Shown: in pieces, positions 26,253 through 35,704 of the stretch
Numbering within the stretch: position 1 is the first letter of the stretch
Layout of the letters: every line of letters begins with the position of its first letter
Source of the DNA: Candidatus Omnitrophota bacterium
Lineage (GTDB): Bacteria > Omnitrophota > Gorgyraeia > Gygaellales > Profunditerraquicolaceae
Assembly (NCBI GenBank): GCA_016867115.1
Contig: VGKG01000003.1
Location: 64,673 to 128,672, forward strand
Direction: 5' to 3'
DNA length: 64,000 nucleotides
Notes under the pieces: model-generated
What the model saw: only the letters and a program-made list of their open reading frames with translations
Told to the model about the DNA's origin: nothing
The model's database searches: none
Translations under genes and position numbers: made by a program

Positions 26253-27458
26253 ATGAGAACGATAAAAGAGATAAACGCAAAGATCAAAAAGGGCGACGTC
26301 GTAGTCGTCACCGCGGAAGAAGTCATAGATCTGGTGGCTAAAAAGGGCGTAAAAAAGGCGGCCCAGGAAGTGGATGTGGTCACCACCGGTACCTTTGGCC
26401 CGATGTGTTCATCCGGCGCCTATTTTAATATCGGACATTCAAAACCGAGGATTAAACTCGGCGGCGGGACCTGCACATTAAACGGAGTCCCGGTTTATAC
26501 CGGTTTTGCGGCCGTGGATATATACCTCGGCGCAACCGCGCTTGCGGATGATGACCCGCGCAATAAGATCTATCCGGGAGAGTTCAAATACGGCGGAGGT
26601 CATGTGATCCAGGAGCTGGTCGCGGGAAAGAACGCGCACCTTGAGGCGAGCGCCTACGGCACGGATTGCTATCCGCGTAAGAAACTTTCCACCCATATTA
26701 ATATCAAGGATATTAACGAAGCAGTCCTCTTTAATATCCGCAATTGTTACCAGAATTATAATATTGCGGTGAACCTTTCGGATAAGCCGATCTATACTTA
26801 CATGGGTATGCTTAAGCCGAATCTCGGTAATGCCAATTACTGTTCTGCGGGACAGCTCTCGCCGCTCTTGAAAGACCCCTACTATAAGACCATAGGCGTA
26901 GGGACAAAGATATTCCTGGGCGGCGGCATCGGCTATGTCTCCTGGCACGGCACCCAGCACAACCCGTCGGTGAAACGCAAGGAGAATGGTATCCCGCAGG
27001 CTCCGGCCGGGACCCTGGCGGTCATCGGCGACCTGAAACAGATGAAACCGGAGTGGTTGGTGGGGGTGAGCATGCTTGGTTATGGCGTAACGCTGAATGT
27101 AGGGATAGGTGTACCCATACCGATACTTGATGAAGAGATACTTAAATACACGGCTGCCAGGGACGAAGAGATCTACGCGCAGGTAGTGGATTACAGCGAG
27201 GCGTATCCTCAGGCGGTACCGGGCAGCTTAGCAGAGGCAAATTATGCCCAGTTAAAATCCGGAAAGATCACGGTAAAGGGAAAGGAAATCCCTACCGGAA
27301 ATCTCTCCAGTTACTCCAAGGCGGTGGAGATCGCCGAGCAGTTAAAGGCATGGATCAAGAAGGGGGATTTTACCCTGACAGAGGCGGTGGCGGCATTGCC
27401 GGGTGTAGAGTCAGGGTATACCTTTAAGCCTTTAAAAGAGAGCCCGTCAATCAGCTAG
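26253..27458 (+). CDS. DUF39 / COG1900 homocysteine-biosynthesis protein (MA1821-type sulfide-incorporating enzyme)
   Basis: 401 aa; typical size and architecture; directly followed by an NIL-domain ferredoxin, as in the methanogen MA1821-MA1822 pair. Confidence 0.65.
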   Translation: MRTIKEINAKIKKGDVVVVTAEEVIDLVAKKGVKKAAQEVDVVTTGTFGPMCSSGAYFNIGHSKPRIKLGGGTCTLNGVPVYTGFAAVDIYLGATALADDDPRNKIYPGEFKYGGGHVIQELVAGKNAHLEASAYGTDCYPRKKLSTHINIKDINEAVLFNIRNCYQNYNIAVNLSDKPIYTYMGMLKPNLGNANYCSAGQLSPLLKDPYYKTIGVGTKIFLGGGIGYVSWHGTQHNPSVKRKENGIPQAPAGTLAVIGDLKQMKPEWLVGVSMLGYGVTLNVGIGVPIPILDEEILKYTAARDEEIYAQVVDYSEAYPQAVPGSLAEANYAQLKSGKITVKGKEIPTGNLSSYSKAVEIAEQLKAWIKKGDFTLTEAVAALPGVESGYTFKPLKESPSIS

Positions 27459-27477
27459 GCAGCGGGAGGAAAAGAAT

Positions 27478-27885
27478 ATGGTTTCCAAAAAGATAGTCTT
27501 GCATTTTCCGTCAAAGCTGGTGGATCAGCCCATCGTTTATAAACTGGTCAAAGATTTTGACCTGCAGTTTAATATTCTGAAGGCCTCGGTTACCTCGGGG
27601 GAAGAGGGCCTGATGGTCCTGGAATTGACCGGCAAAAAAGAGAACTTTGATCAGGGCATCGAATATCTTAAGTCCTGCGGGGTAAAGATCCAGCCTTTAA
27701 GCAAGGACGTGGTGCGCGATGAAGTCAAATGCACGCATTGCGGAGTCTGTATCCCGATCTGTCCTACGGGTGCGCTGATCGTCGACCCTAAGACGCGTAA
27801 AGTAATCTTCCATAACGATAAATGCATCGCCTGCGAACTCTGTGTTCCCATCTGCCCGCCGCGCGCCATGGAAGTGAAGTTCTAG
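27478..27885 (+). CDS. NIL-domain plus 2x[4Fe-4S] ferredoxin (MA1822-type partner of DUF39)
   Basis: N-terminal NIL domain; CTHCGVCIPICP and CIACELCVPICP motifs. Confidence 0.7.
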   Translation: MVSKKIVLHFPSKLVDQPIVYKLVKDFDLQFNILKASVTSGEEGLMVLELTGKKENFDQGIEYLKSCGVKIQPLSKDVVRDEVKCTHCGVCIPICPTGALIVDPKTRKVIFHNDKCIACELCVPICPPRAMEVKF

Positions 27886-27893
27886 TATTGCAC

Positions 27894-28691
27894 GTGGATA
27901 AATTACCCAGACTTAAAAATATAATCAGGCGTTATGGCTCCTGCGTCATCGCTTTTTCCGGCGGCGTAGACAGCACGTTACTTTTAAAAGTGGCTTCCCT
28001 GGTGTTACCTAAAGATAAAATCCTTGCAGTTACTGCCACCTCTGCTACATACCCAAAAGAAGAATTATTTTTTTCTAAAACCCAGGCTAAGGAGATCGGC
28101 GTAAGGCATAAGATCATCGCGACTGCGGAAGTTAAAGATAAAAGATTTACTTCCAACCCCCTTGACCGTTGTTATATATGCAAAAAAGAGCTTTTTAATA
28201 AGCTGAAGATTATCGCGAGGAATTTTAGATACGATTTTGTACTCGATGCCACCAATGCCTCTGATAAGGCAGATTTTCGCCCCGGAAATAAGGCGCTTCA
28301 GGAATTAAAAATACGCTCACCGCTTAAGGAGGCAGGTTTGTCTAAGGATGATATCCGCGCGCTAAGTAGGCGATTTGGTTTGGTTACCTGGGATAAACCG
28401 AGTTTGGCTTGCCTGGCCTCTCGCATTCCTTACGGCACAAAAATTACGCCGTCTTTACTTAGCCGCATTAACCAGGCAGAGGAATATTTAAGAAGTTTTG
28501 GTTTCAAACAGGCGAGATTGCGGCATTATAACAACCTCTGCCGGATTGAGGTTTTGAAAAGGGATATCCCGCGGCTTCTTGCCCGGCGCAATCAGATAGT
28601 CGACAAGCTAAAAAGTTTGGGTTATAATTATGTTACTGTGGACCTTGAAGGATACCGTACCGGCAGCATGAATGAGGTGATCGGTCGATGA
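27894..28691 (+). CDS. PP-loop ATP pyrophosphatase, LarE-like/TIGR00268 family, candidate sulfur transferase
   Basis: SGGVDS PP-loop; conserved CYICK Cys; GTG start chosen at 27894 with low certainty. Confidence 0.6.
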   Translation: MDKLPRLKNIIRRYGSCVIAFSGGVDSTLLLKVASLVLPKDKILAVTATSATYPKEELFFSKTQAKEIGVRHKIIATAEVKDKRFTSNPLDRCYICKKELFNKLKIIARNFRYDFVLDATNASDKADFRPGNKALQELKIRSPLKEAGLSKDDIRALSRRFGLVTWDKPSLACLASRIPYGTKITPSLLSRINQAEEYLRSFGFKQARLRHYNNLCRIEVLKRDIPRLLARRNQIVDKLKSLGYNYVTVDLEGYRTGSMNEVIGR

Positions 28692-29857
28692 GGAAAGCCT
28701 ATTTAGACTACGCAGCTACTACTCCTTGCGATCCCGAAGTGCTTGAGGCGATGAAGCCGTATTTTTTTGAAAAGTTCGGCAATGCCTCCAGTATCTATTC
28801 TCTAGGACAGGAAGCGAAGAAGGCTATTGAGGATAGCCGCGAGAAGCTCGCCGCATTTTTAGGCGCAAGGCCTGATGAGATCGTCTTTACTTCAGGCGGG
28901 ACAGAATCCGATAATTTCGCCATTAAAGGCATAACCTATGCCCTTAAGCAAAAAGGTGACCACATTGTTACTAGTGCCATCGAGCACCATGCTGTCAGCG
29001 AGCCGGCTAAATTCCTGGAGAAGCAGGGATTTAAGGTCACTTATGTCGGCGTAGACAGCCAGGGGCTGGTCTCTCCTGATGACATAAAGCGCGCGATCAC
29101 CGATAAGACCATCCTCATCAGCGTAATGCATGCCAATAACGAGATCGGTACTATTCAACCGATTGCCGAGATCGGCAGGATTGCTAAAGAAAAAGGGGTC
29201 TGTTTTCATACTGATGCCGTGCAGACAGTCGGCCACATTCCGGTGAATGTGGATGAGCTGAATGTCGATCTTCTATCACTCTCTGCGCATAAATTTTACG
29301 GGCCCAAGGGTGCCGGCGCCCTTTATATCCGTAAGGGTACGCGTATTGAATCGTTCCTGCATGGCGGAGACCAGGAGAGGGACAGGCGTGCATCTACCTA
29401 TAATACTCCGGGGATCGTAGGCCTGGGCAAAGCAATAGAATTATGCTCAAAGACTATGCCGGAAGAAGCCAAGTTTCAGACCGCCCTGCGTGACCGTCTG
29501 ATCAAGGCGCTGGTGGAAAAGATCCCTGAGGTCCGGCTTAACGGAGACCCGCTTAAGCGGCTCCCTAATAATATAAATATTTCTATCCGATACATTGAGG
29601 GCGAATCCATGCTTCTGAGCCTGGATATGGCGGGAATCGCCTGTTCTACCGGCTCAGCCTGTACCTCTACTTCTTTAGAGCCGTCGCATGTGCTCCTGGC
29701 GATCGGCCTGCCGCATGAGATCGCTCATGGATCGCTACGCATTACTTTCGGCAGATGGACGAAAGAAGAGGATGCCGAGTATCTCTTAGAAAGCCTTCCC
29801 AAGATCGTTTCGAAACTGCGCGCCATGTCGCCCCTTTACGATAAAAATAGGTTGTAG
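28688..29857 (+). CDS. nifS: Cysteine desulfurase (NifS/IscS)
   Basis: YLDYAATTP, SAHKFYGPKG (PLP Lys) and CSTGSAC motifs. Confidence 0.85.
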   Translation: MRKAYLDYAATTPCDPEVLEAMKPYFFEKFGNASSIYSLGQEAKKAIEDSREKLAAFLGARPDEIVFTSGGTESDNFAIKGITYALKQKGDHIVTSAIEHHAVSEPAKFLEKQGFKVTYVGVDSQGLVSPDDIKRAITDKTILISVMHANNEIGTIQPIAEIGRIAKEKGVCFHTDAVQTVGHIPVNVDELNVDLLSLSAHKFYGPKGAGALYIRKGTRIESFLHGGDQERDRRASTYNTPGIVGLGKAIELCSKTMPEEAKFQTALRDRLIKALVEKIPEVRLNGDPLKRLPNNINISIRYIEGESMLLSLDMAGIACSTGSACTSTSLEPSHVLLAIGLPHEIAHGSLRITFGRWTKEEDAEYLLESLPKIVSKLRAMSPLYDKNRL

Positions 29858-29888
29858 ATAGCAGTTAGTAGGTAGTAGTTAGGTAAAA

Positions 29889-30845
29889 ATGCAGGAACGC
29901 ATACTCGATTTTTTAAAGAGAAAACAAGGCTATGTTTCCGGCGATACTATTGCCAGCCGGCTTGGCATTACCCGTCAGGGGCTCTGGAAACACATCCAGG
30001 AGCTCAAAGAATTAGGGTATGACATCGTCGCTGTGCCGCACCTGGGGTATCGGCTTGAATCTTTACCTGACAGGCTCTTTCCTTTTGAGGTCAGCCACAA
30101 CCTGAATACTAAGTTCGTCGGTAAAAGAGCCCATTATTTCGATACCGCAACCAGCACCATGGAGATCGCCATGGACCTGGGCCTGAAGGGTGCTCCTGCG
30201 GGTTCGGTCGTCATCGCAGAATCTCAGACTAAGGGCAAGGGAAGGCTTGGCCGCATCTGGTTTAGCCCCAAATACAAAGGAATATATCTTTCGCTGATAC
30301 TTAGGCCCACCCTCCTTCCGAGCGAGGCCTCTATTTTTACCTTGTTGTCGGCTGTAAGTATCTGCGAGGCGCTTAAAAACTTTGCCGCAATAGATGCCCA
30401 GATCAAATGGCCCAACGATATATTTTTGGGCCAGAAAAAATTAGGCGGCATCCTCACCGAACTGAACGCCGAGACGGATAAGATCAATTTCATCGTCATC
30501 GGCATCGGCCTGAATGTGAACAACGATAAGAAATCCCTGATCAGCGGCTCAACTTCCCTGAAGGAGCACAAAAAAGAAAGCGTAGACAGGGCCGGGTTGC
30601 TCAAGGAGGTCTTGCGCCGGATAGAGGCGAATTATTTTCTTCTGGAGAAGAAGGGTTCAGGGGTGATCCTGGATAAATGGCGCGAGCATAATCTGACACT
30701 CGGCAGGAGGGTCAAGGTCTACTGCCAGAAGAAACATCTTGAGGGGGAGGCCTTGGGCCTGGATCGCGACGGCGGGCTTCTGGTCAGAAACGACGGCGGC
30801 CTGATCGAGAAGGTCCTGGCCGGCGATGTGGTGCACTGCAGGTAA
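29889..30845 (+). CDS. birA: Bifunctional biotin-protein ligase / biotin operon repressor BirA
   Basis: N-terminal HTH (VSGDTIASRLGITRQGLWKHI) and BPL domain GKGRLGRIW. Confidence 0.8.
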   Translation: MQERILDFLKRKQGYVSGDTIASRLGITRQGLWKHIQELKELGYDIVAVPHLGYRLESLPDRLFPFEVSHNLNTKFVGKRAHYFDTATSTMEIAMDLGLKGAPAGSVVIAESQTKGKGRLGRIWFSPKYKGIYLSLILRPTLLPSEASIFTLLSAVSICEALKNFAAIDAQIKWPNDIFLGQKKLGGILTELNAETDKINFIVIGIGLNVNNDKKSLISGSTSLKEHKKESVDRAGLLKEVLRRIEANYFLLEKKGSGVILDKWREHNLTLGRRVKVYCQKKHLEGEALGLDRDGGLLVRNDGGLIEKVLAGDVVHCR

Positions 30846-30869
30846 CGTAAACCTATAATTTAATTCAGG

Positions 30870-30912
30870 TTGACAATTATCCCGGCGGATGCGATAATAA
30901 CTGCCGGGATTT
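30870..30912 (+). promoter_or_regulatory. Consensus promoter (TTGACA-17-GATAAT) overlapping a hairpin plus T-run (CCCGGCGG...CTGCCGGG ATTTTTATTT); birA terminator and TonB-receptor promoter overlap
   Basis: -35 at 30870-30875, -10 at 30893-30898; stem at 30881-30908 followed by the T-run. Confidence 0.45.
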
Positions 30913-30921
30913 TTATTTCCG

Positions 30922-32715
30922 ATGAATAAGATACTTATTTTTATCATTTCCGGGCTCTGTTTCAACCTTTGTGCCTTTGCCGAGGAGCCGCATACTCTGG
31001 AAAAGATCACGGTCAGGCCGCAGAGCGGGTTCTCTACGCAGGTGGTCACTGCCTCTGAAATAAGCGGGATGCACCTGGATACCGTCGCGGATATTCTCGA
31101 TCATGTCTCCGGTATCGATTTACGCTACCGGGGAACGCAGGGTATCCAGGCGGACCTTACCCTGCGCGGTTCTACTTTCGAGCAGGTTGCGCTCCTCATC
31201 GACGGGGTAAGGGTAAACGACCCTCAGACCGGACACCATAATCTGGATATACCCCTGACGCTATTTGACGTGGAGAGGATAGAGGTGGTCAAGGAAGGTG
31301 ATTCTGCCTTCTACGGCGCAGGCGGGATTGCCGGAAGCGTAAACATCATCACTAAGAAGCCCAAAAAGAAGGCCTTGCGCCTGGATACGCTTTTTGGCCA
31401 GCATGCGCTCTTTGGTCAGGCAGGATCTTTGAGCCTGCCGGCAGATCAGGCTTCCGGAAGGGTATCTTTTGACCACAAGATCTCAAAAGCTGCCCGGCCG
31501 AATACCGATTTCGAATATAAGACCGCCTCTATCTACCTAACCCGGGAGTTTGATTCATCTACTCTGGACACGCTTTTCGGTTACCAGAAAAAAGATTTCG
31601 GTGCGGACAGCTTTTATTCCAATCTCTTTCCCGAAGAAGAGGAGCATACCGAGACAATTTTTTCCCGCACCGGCCTTGAATCCAAACTTGGCTTCGGCAC
31701 GCTCAAAAACAACCTTTTTTTCCGCAAGCACCGCGATAAGTTCATCCTGCGTAGGAACAGCCCCACCCCTGTCAATTACCACACTACCTATGTATACGGG
31801 CTTAATTCAGACCTGACCCTTCCCACAAAATACGGGGATTTAGCTCTGGGGCTGGATGTAGGGAGAGACGAGATATATTCTTCAAACCTCGGGAAACACA
31901 CCCGCATCCACGAGGCAGGTTCTTTTGGCTTTACCCCGAAATTAGGCGAGAGGCTGAGTGCCGATCTACGGGCGAGGCTCGATTATTACCAGAAGTGGCA
32001 TACTCAGGAGTCTTTTAATGTCGGTTTAGGGTATGACCTCATCCCTCAAGAATTGAAGGTGCGGGGTTCGGCTTCCCGGGCTTTCCGCATCCCCAGTTTT
32101 ACCGAACTTTATTACTCTGATGCTGCAAATAAGGGGAATCCGGACCTGGGAGTCGAGACCTCGGATAATTTCCGTCTCGGTCTTTCTTTGCGCAAGTGGT
32201 TTATGGAGTTGGGAGTTGACGGTTTCCTGCGCCAGGGCCGCAATCTCATCGACTGGACGCGCACCCGGCCGACTGACCGCTGGCAGGCGACGAACCTTGG
32301 CCGGATCGATTTCCGGGGCATAGAGCTTAACAGCAAGATCAAGCCGAACTTGAAATACGGCGGGCTGAGGCTGGATAAGATGACTTTCTCCTATAATTAT
32401 ACGGGTCCGGATAAACAGGCAGGCGGGTTCTATTCCAAGTACGCCCTGGATATCCTGAAGCACCAGTATCTTTTGGGCATGGATTTTGTCCTCTTTGGCC
32501 TGGATGTGAACTGGCAGTTCTCCTACAACCGGCGTTATTACGGCGAGACCTATTTTGTGGGAAACGTGTATCTGGGGAAGAGGTTCCTCGCTAAAGACTT
32601 CAGTTTCGAGCCATTCCTTAAGATTGATAATTTCAGCAATACCCGATACACCGAGGTTGCCGGAGTGCTGCAACCGAGGCGCTGGATCAAGTCCGGGGTA
32701 AAGTTTGAGTGGTAG
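30922..32715 (+). CDS. TonB-dependent outer-membrane receptor (BtuB-sized)
   Basis: Signal peptide, plug domain (DTVADILDHVSGI, RG...ALLIDGVRVND), C-terminal KFEW. Confidence 0.75.
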   Translation: MNKILIFIISGLCFNLCAFAEEPHTLEKITVRPQSGFSTQVVTASEISGMHLDTVADILDHVSGIDLRYRGTQGIQADLTLRGSTFEQVALLIDGVRVNDPQTGHHNLDIPLTLFDVERIEVVKEGDSAFYGAGGIAGSVNIITKKPKKKALRLDTLFGQHALFGQAGSLSLPADQASGRVSFDHKISKAARPNTDFEYKTASIYLTREFDSSTLDTLFGYQKKDFGADSFYSNLFPEEEEHTETIFSRTGLESKLGFGTLKNNLFFRKHRDKFILRRNSPTPVNYHTTYVYGLNSDLTLPTKYGDLALGLDVGRDEIYSSNLGKHTRIHEAGSFGFTPKLGERLSADLRARLDYYQKWHTQESFNVGLGYDLIPQELKVRGSASRAFRIPSFTELYYSDAANKGNPDLGVETSDNFRLGLSLRKWFMELGVDGFLRQGRNLIDWTRTRPTDRWQATNLGRIDFRGIELNSKIKPNLKYGGLRLDKMTFSYNYTGPDKQAGGFYSKYALDILKHQYLLGMDFVLFGLDVNWQFSYNRRYYGETYFVGNVYLGKRFLAKDFSFEPFLKIDNFSNTRYTEVAGVLQPRRWIKSGVKFEW

Positions 32716-32765
32716 CCGCCTCAAAATCTGTTGGAAAGGATAACACTGCGCGGTATAATATTGAC

Positions 32766-33053
32766 ATGTTTATTCACGCCGTATTATTCGAGGTCGAGCC
32801 GAAAGAGGTAGTCAAGTACCGCAGGGATAGCCTGATGTGGGCGCGCTACGCGAAAAAAGCCAGGGGCTTTGTGGCCTACCGCACGATGAAGAGATCCGGT
32901 TATAAAAATCAGTATGCCTCGGTTTATGAATGGAAGTCCGAAGCAGACCATACCCGCTTTATGAAGAAATTCCACGACCGGCTCGTCACCAAATCCTGCG
33001 CCCGCGTAAAAGTCCTGGGCTATTACAATCTGAAAGCCATAGACCAATCTTAG
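32766..33053 (+). CDS. Small hypothetical protein (ABM/Dabb-like alpha-beta barrel flavour)
   Basis: 95 aa; weak. Confidence 0.3.
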   Translation: MFIHAVLFEVEPKEVVKYRRDSLMWARYAKKARGFVAYRTMKRSGYKNQYASVYEWKSEADHTRFMKKFHDRLVTKSCARVKVLGYYNLKAIDQS

Positions 33054-33080
33054 GGATCCCCTTCCGGGTCCCCATTTTAG

Positions 33081-34151
33081 ATGAAAAAAGAGCGCGTAGT
33101 CGTAGCCATGAGCGGTGGGGTGGATTCTTCGGTAGCCGCCGCCCTTTTACAGAAAGAGGGCTATGAGGCGATCGGGATGACCATGTGCTTCAATCTTGCA
33201 GATACCGGGCGCAGGAAATCTGGCTGCTGCGGCCTGCAAGGCATAGAGGATGCCCGTCGCGTCGCCCATAAATTAGGCATCAGGCACTACGTCATCAATA
33301 TGCAGAAGCCCCTGAGAGATTTTATCATCAAGGATTTCTGCAAAGAATACCTGAGGGGCAGGACCCCGAATCCCTGCGTGCGCTGCAATCAGTTTTTAAA
33401 GTTCGACATCCTCTTAAAAAAAGCGCTTGAACTGGATGCCCGATATTTGGCTACCGGGCATTATGTCAGGAAGATCAGAACACCCCGCGGTTTTAAGTTA
33501 AAAAAGGCCAAGGACCCGGATAAAGACCAGTCGTATTTTCTCTACCGTCTTAATCAGTATCAACTAAGGCACGCGCTCTTTCCACTCGGCGATTATACTA
33601 AGACTGAGGTGAGGGAGCTGGCCCGTAAATTCGGCCTGGCAGTGGCTGAAAAGCCGGGGAGCCAGGAGATCTGCTTTCTGCCTGATAGCGATTACCGCGG
33701 GTTTCTAAAAAACCGGGTTAAAAAAAAGCTGCAGCCGGGTCCGATCGTAGACAAGGATGGCGATCTTTTAGGCAGGCACAGGGGAGTCGCGTTTTACACT
33801 GTCGGCCAGCGTGAAGGGCTAGGTTTAGCCCTGGGTTATCCGGCTTATATCAGCCGGATCGACGCAGCTAAGAATCAAATCGTAGTCGGCAGAAGAGAAG
33901 AGGCGATGGAAAAGGCATTTCTCGTCAGCCAGCTGAACCTTATTTCCGCACCCCACAAAAAGAAGGTTGCGGCCCGGGTGCGGATAAGGTATAATCACAA
34001 AGAGGCTCCCGCAGATATATTTTTTTGGGGCAGGAGAGCCAAAGTTATTTTCAGGGAGCCGCAGTTTGCCGTTACCCCGGGACAATCCGCGGTATTTTAC
34101 CGCCGGGGCACAGTCCTTGGCGGCGGCGCGATCGAGGAGGTCTTAGATTAG
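33081..34151 (+). CDS. mnmA: tRNA-specific 2-thiouridylase MnmA
   Basis: VVAMSGGVDSSV PP-loop; catalytic Cys motifs. Confidence 0.85.
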   Translation: MKKERVVVAMSGGVDSSVAAALLQKEGYEAIGMTMCFNLADTGRRKSGCCGLQGIEDARRVAHKLGIRHYVINMQKPLRDFIIKDFCKEYLRGRTPNPCVRCNQFLKFDILLKKALELDARYLATGHYVRKIRTPRGFKLKKAKDPDKDQSYFLYRLNQYQLRHALFPLGDYTKTEVRELARKFGLAVAEKPGSQEICFLPDSDYRGFLKNRVKKKLQPGPIVDKDGDLLGRHRGVAFYTVGQREGLGLALGYPAYISRIDAAKNQIVVGRREEAMEKAFLVSQLNLISAPHKKKVAARVRIRYNHKEAPADIFFWGRRAKVIFREPQFAVTPGQSAVFYRRGTVLGGGAIEEVLD

Positions 34152-35075
34152 ATGACTAAGAAAGAAGCCACAGGACTGGAAGATAAAATCCTAGAGCTGA
34201 AGAAGAAGCGTAATGCCGTAATCCTGGTGCACAATTACCAGCTTCCTGAGGTTCAGGATATCGCGGACTACCGGGGTGATTCTCTGGAGCTGAGCCGTAT
34301 CGCGGCCAAGACCGATGCCAAGGTGATCGTCTTCTGCGGGGTGCATTTCATGGCTGAGACCGCATCAATATTATGCCCGGAAAAGAAAGTGATCATGCCG
34401 GATATGCATTCCGGCTGCCCCATGGCCGATATGATCACCGCCCAGGACTTGAGAAGATTGAAAAAAGAGCACCCTAAGGCGGTGACGGTCGGTTACGTGA
34501 ATACTTCAGCGGAAGTAAAGGCAGAACTGGATTACTGCTGTACCTCGACTAACGCGGTGAAGGTAGTGAATTACCTGAAAGATAAGTTTGAGGAAATCGT
34601 TTTTGTGCCGGATAAGTACCTGGCGGATTATGTCTCCAAAGAGACACATAAAAAGCTCATCTTCTGGAACGGATTCTGTCCTACCCACGTAAAGATCCTG
34701 CCCGATGATATCAAGCGGGAGAAGAAATTTCATCCTTTTGCCAAGGTGATGGTGCACCCGGAGTGCCTTCCGGCAGTGGTAGCCATGGCAGATGCCGCGC
34801 TATCGACCAGTCAGATGTGCAAGTTTGCGCATGAATCCGAGGCCAAGGAGTTCATCGTGGGAACAGAGGTCGGATTGATCTATCGCCTCAAAAAAGATAA
34901 TCCCGCCAAGGAGTTTTACCCTGCCTCGGAAGCGGCAGTCTGCCCGAATATGAAACGGACTACCCAGGAAAAGGTGCTCTGGGCGCTGGAAGAGCTCAAA
35001 GAAGAGGTCAGGGTCGCGGATGAGGTGCGCCAGCGCGCGCGCCTGGCTATTGACCGGATGCTGGAAATCGTATAG
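34152..35075 (+). CDS. nadA: Quinolinate synthase NadA
   Basis: ILVHNYQ, VHFMAET, 307 aa. Confidence 0.85.
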   Translation: MTKKEATGLEDKILELKKKRNAVILVHNYQLPEVQDIADYRGDSLELSRIAAKTDAKVIVFCGVHFMAETASILCPEKKVIMPDMHSGCPMADMITAQDLRRLKKEHPKAVTVGYVNTSAEVKAELDYCCTSTNAVKVVNYLKDKFEEIVFVPDKYLADYVSKETHKKLIFWNGFCPTHVKILPDDIKREKKFHPFAKVMVHPECLPAVVAMADAALSTSQMCKFAHESEAKEFIVGTEVGLIYRLKKDNPAKEFYPASEAAVCPNMKRTTQEKVLWALEELKEEVRVADEVRQRARLAIDRMLEIV

Positions 35076-35704
35076 TGAACATCCCGATCGCCTACGAGGA
35101 TGACTGGCTCTTGATTGCCGATAAACCCACCGGACTCCTGACTATCCCTACCCCGAAAAAAGAATCCCGCACGCTGGTAAGCATCCTCAACGATGACCTA
35201 AAGAAAAAAGGCTCAACCTACCGCCTGCATCCCTGCCACCGCCTTGACCGGGAGACCTCCGGCCTGATCGTCTTTGCCAAGGGAAAGTCCGTGCAGAAAA
35301 AGATGATGGGGCTTTTCCGGGAGCGCAGGGTCAAGAAGACCTATGTCGCCTTTATCAGGGGGGATGATCTGCCTTCCGAAGGCGAGATAAAAAAAGCGAT
35401 TGAAGGAAAACCAGCACTCACCAGGTACAAACTCATCGAAAAGAGAAAAGACTTTTCCGTGGCAGAGGTCCTGCCCCTTACCGGCCGCACTAATCAGATC
35501 AGGATCCATTTCAAGGAGATCGGGCATCCCCTTTTAGGAGAGACAAGGTTCGCCTTTCGCCGCGATTTTAAGGTCAGGGTAAAACGGCTCATGCTCCATG
35601 CAGAGAACCTGGAGTTCGTGCATCCGGTGACCATGAATACCGTTTCGGTGAATAGCAAACTGCCTCAGGATATGCGGCAGCTCCTGGATAGAAGGGCGCA
35701 ATGA
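35075..35704 (+). CDS. RluA-family pseudouridine synthase
   Basis: HRLDRETSGL catalytic Asp motif. Confidence 0.8.
   Translation: MNIPIAYEDDWLLIADKPTGLLTIPTPKKESRTLVSILNDDLKKKGSTYRLHPCHRLDRETSGLIVFAKGKSVQKKMMGLFRERRVKKTYVAFIRGDDLPSEGEIKKAIEGKPALTRYKLIEKRKDFSVAEVLPLTGRTNQIRIHFKEIGHPLLGETRFAFRRDFKVRVKRLMLHAENLEFVHPVTMNTVSVNSKLPQDMRQLLDRRAQ

Noticed and set aside
32026-32724. 232-aa minus-strand ORF
   Set aside because: It is antisense to the TonB-dependent receptor and is treated as a shadow ORF.
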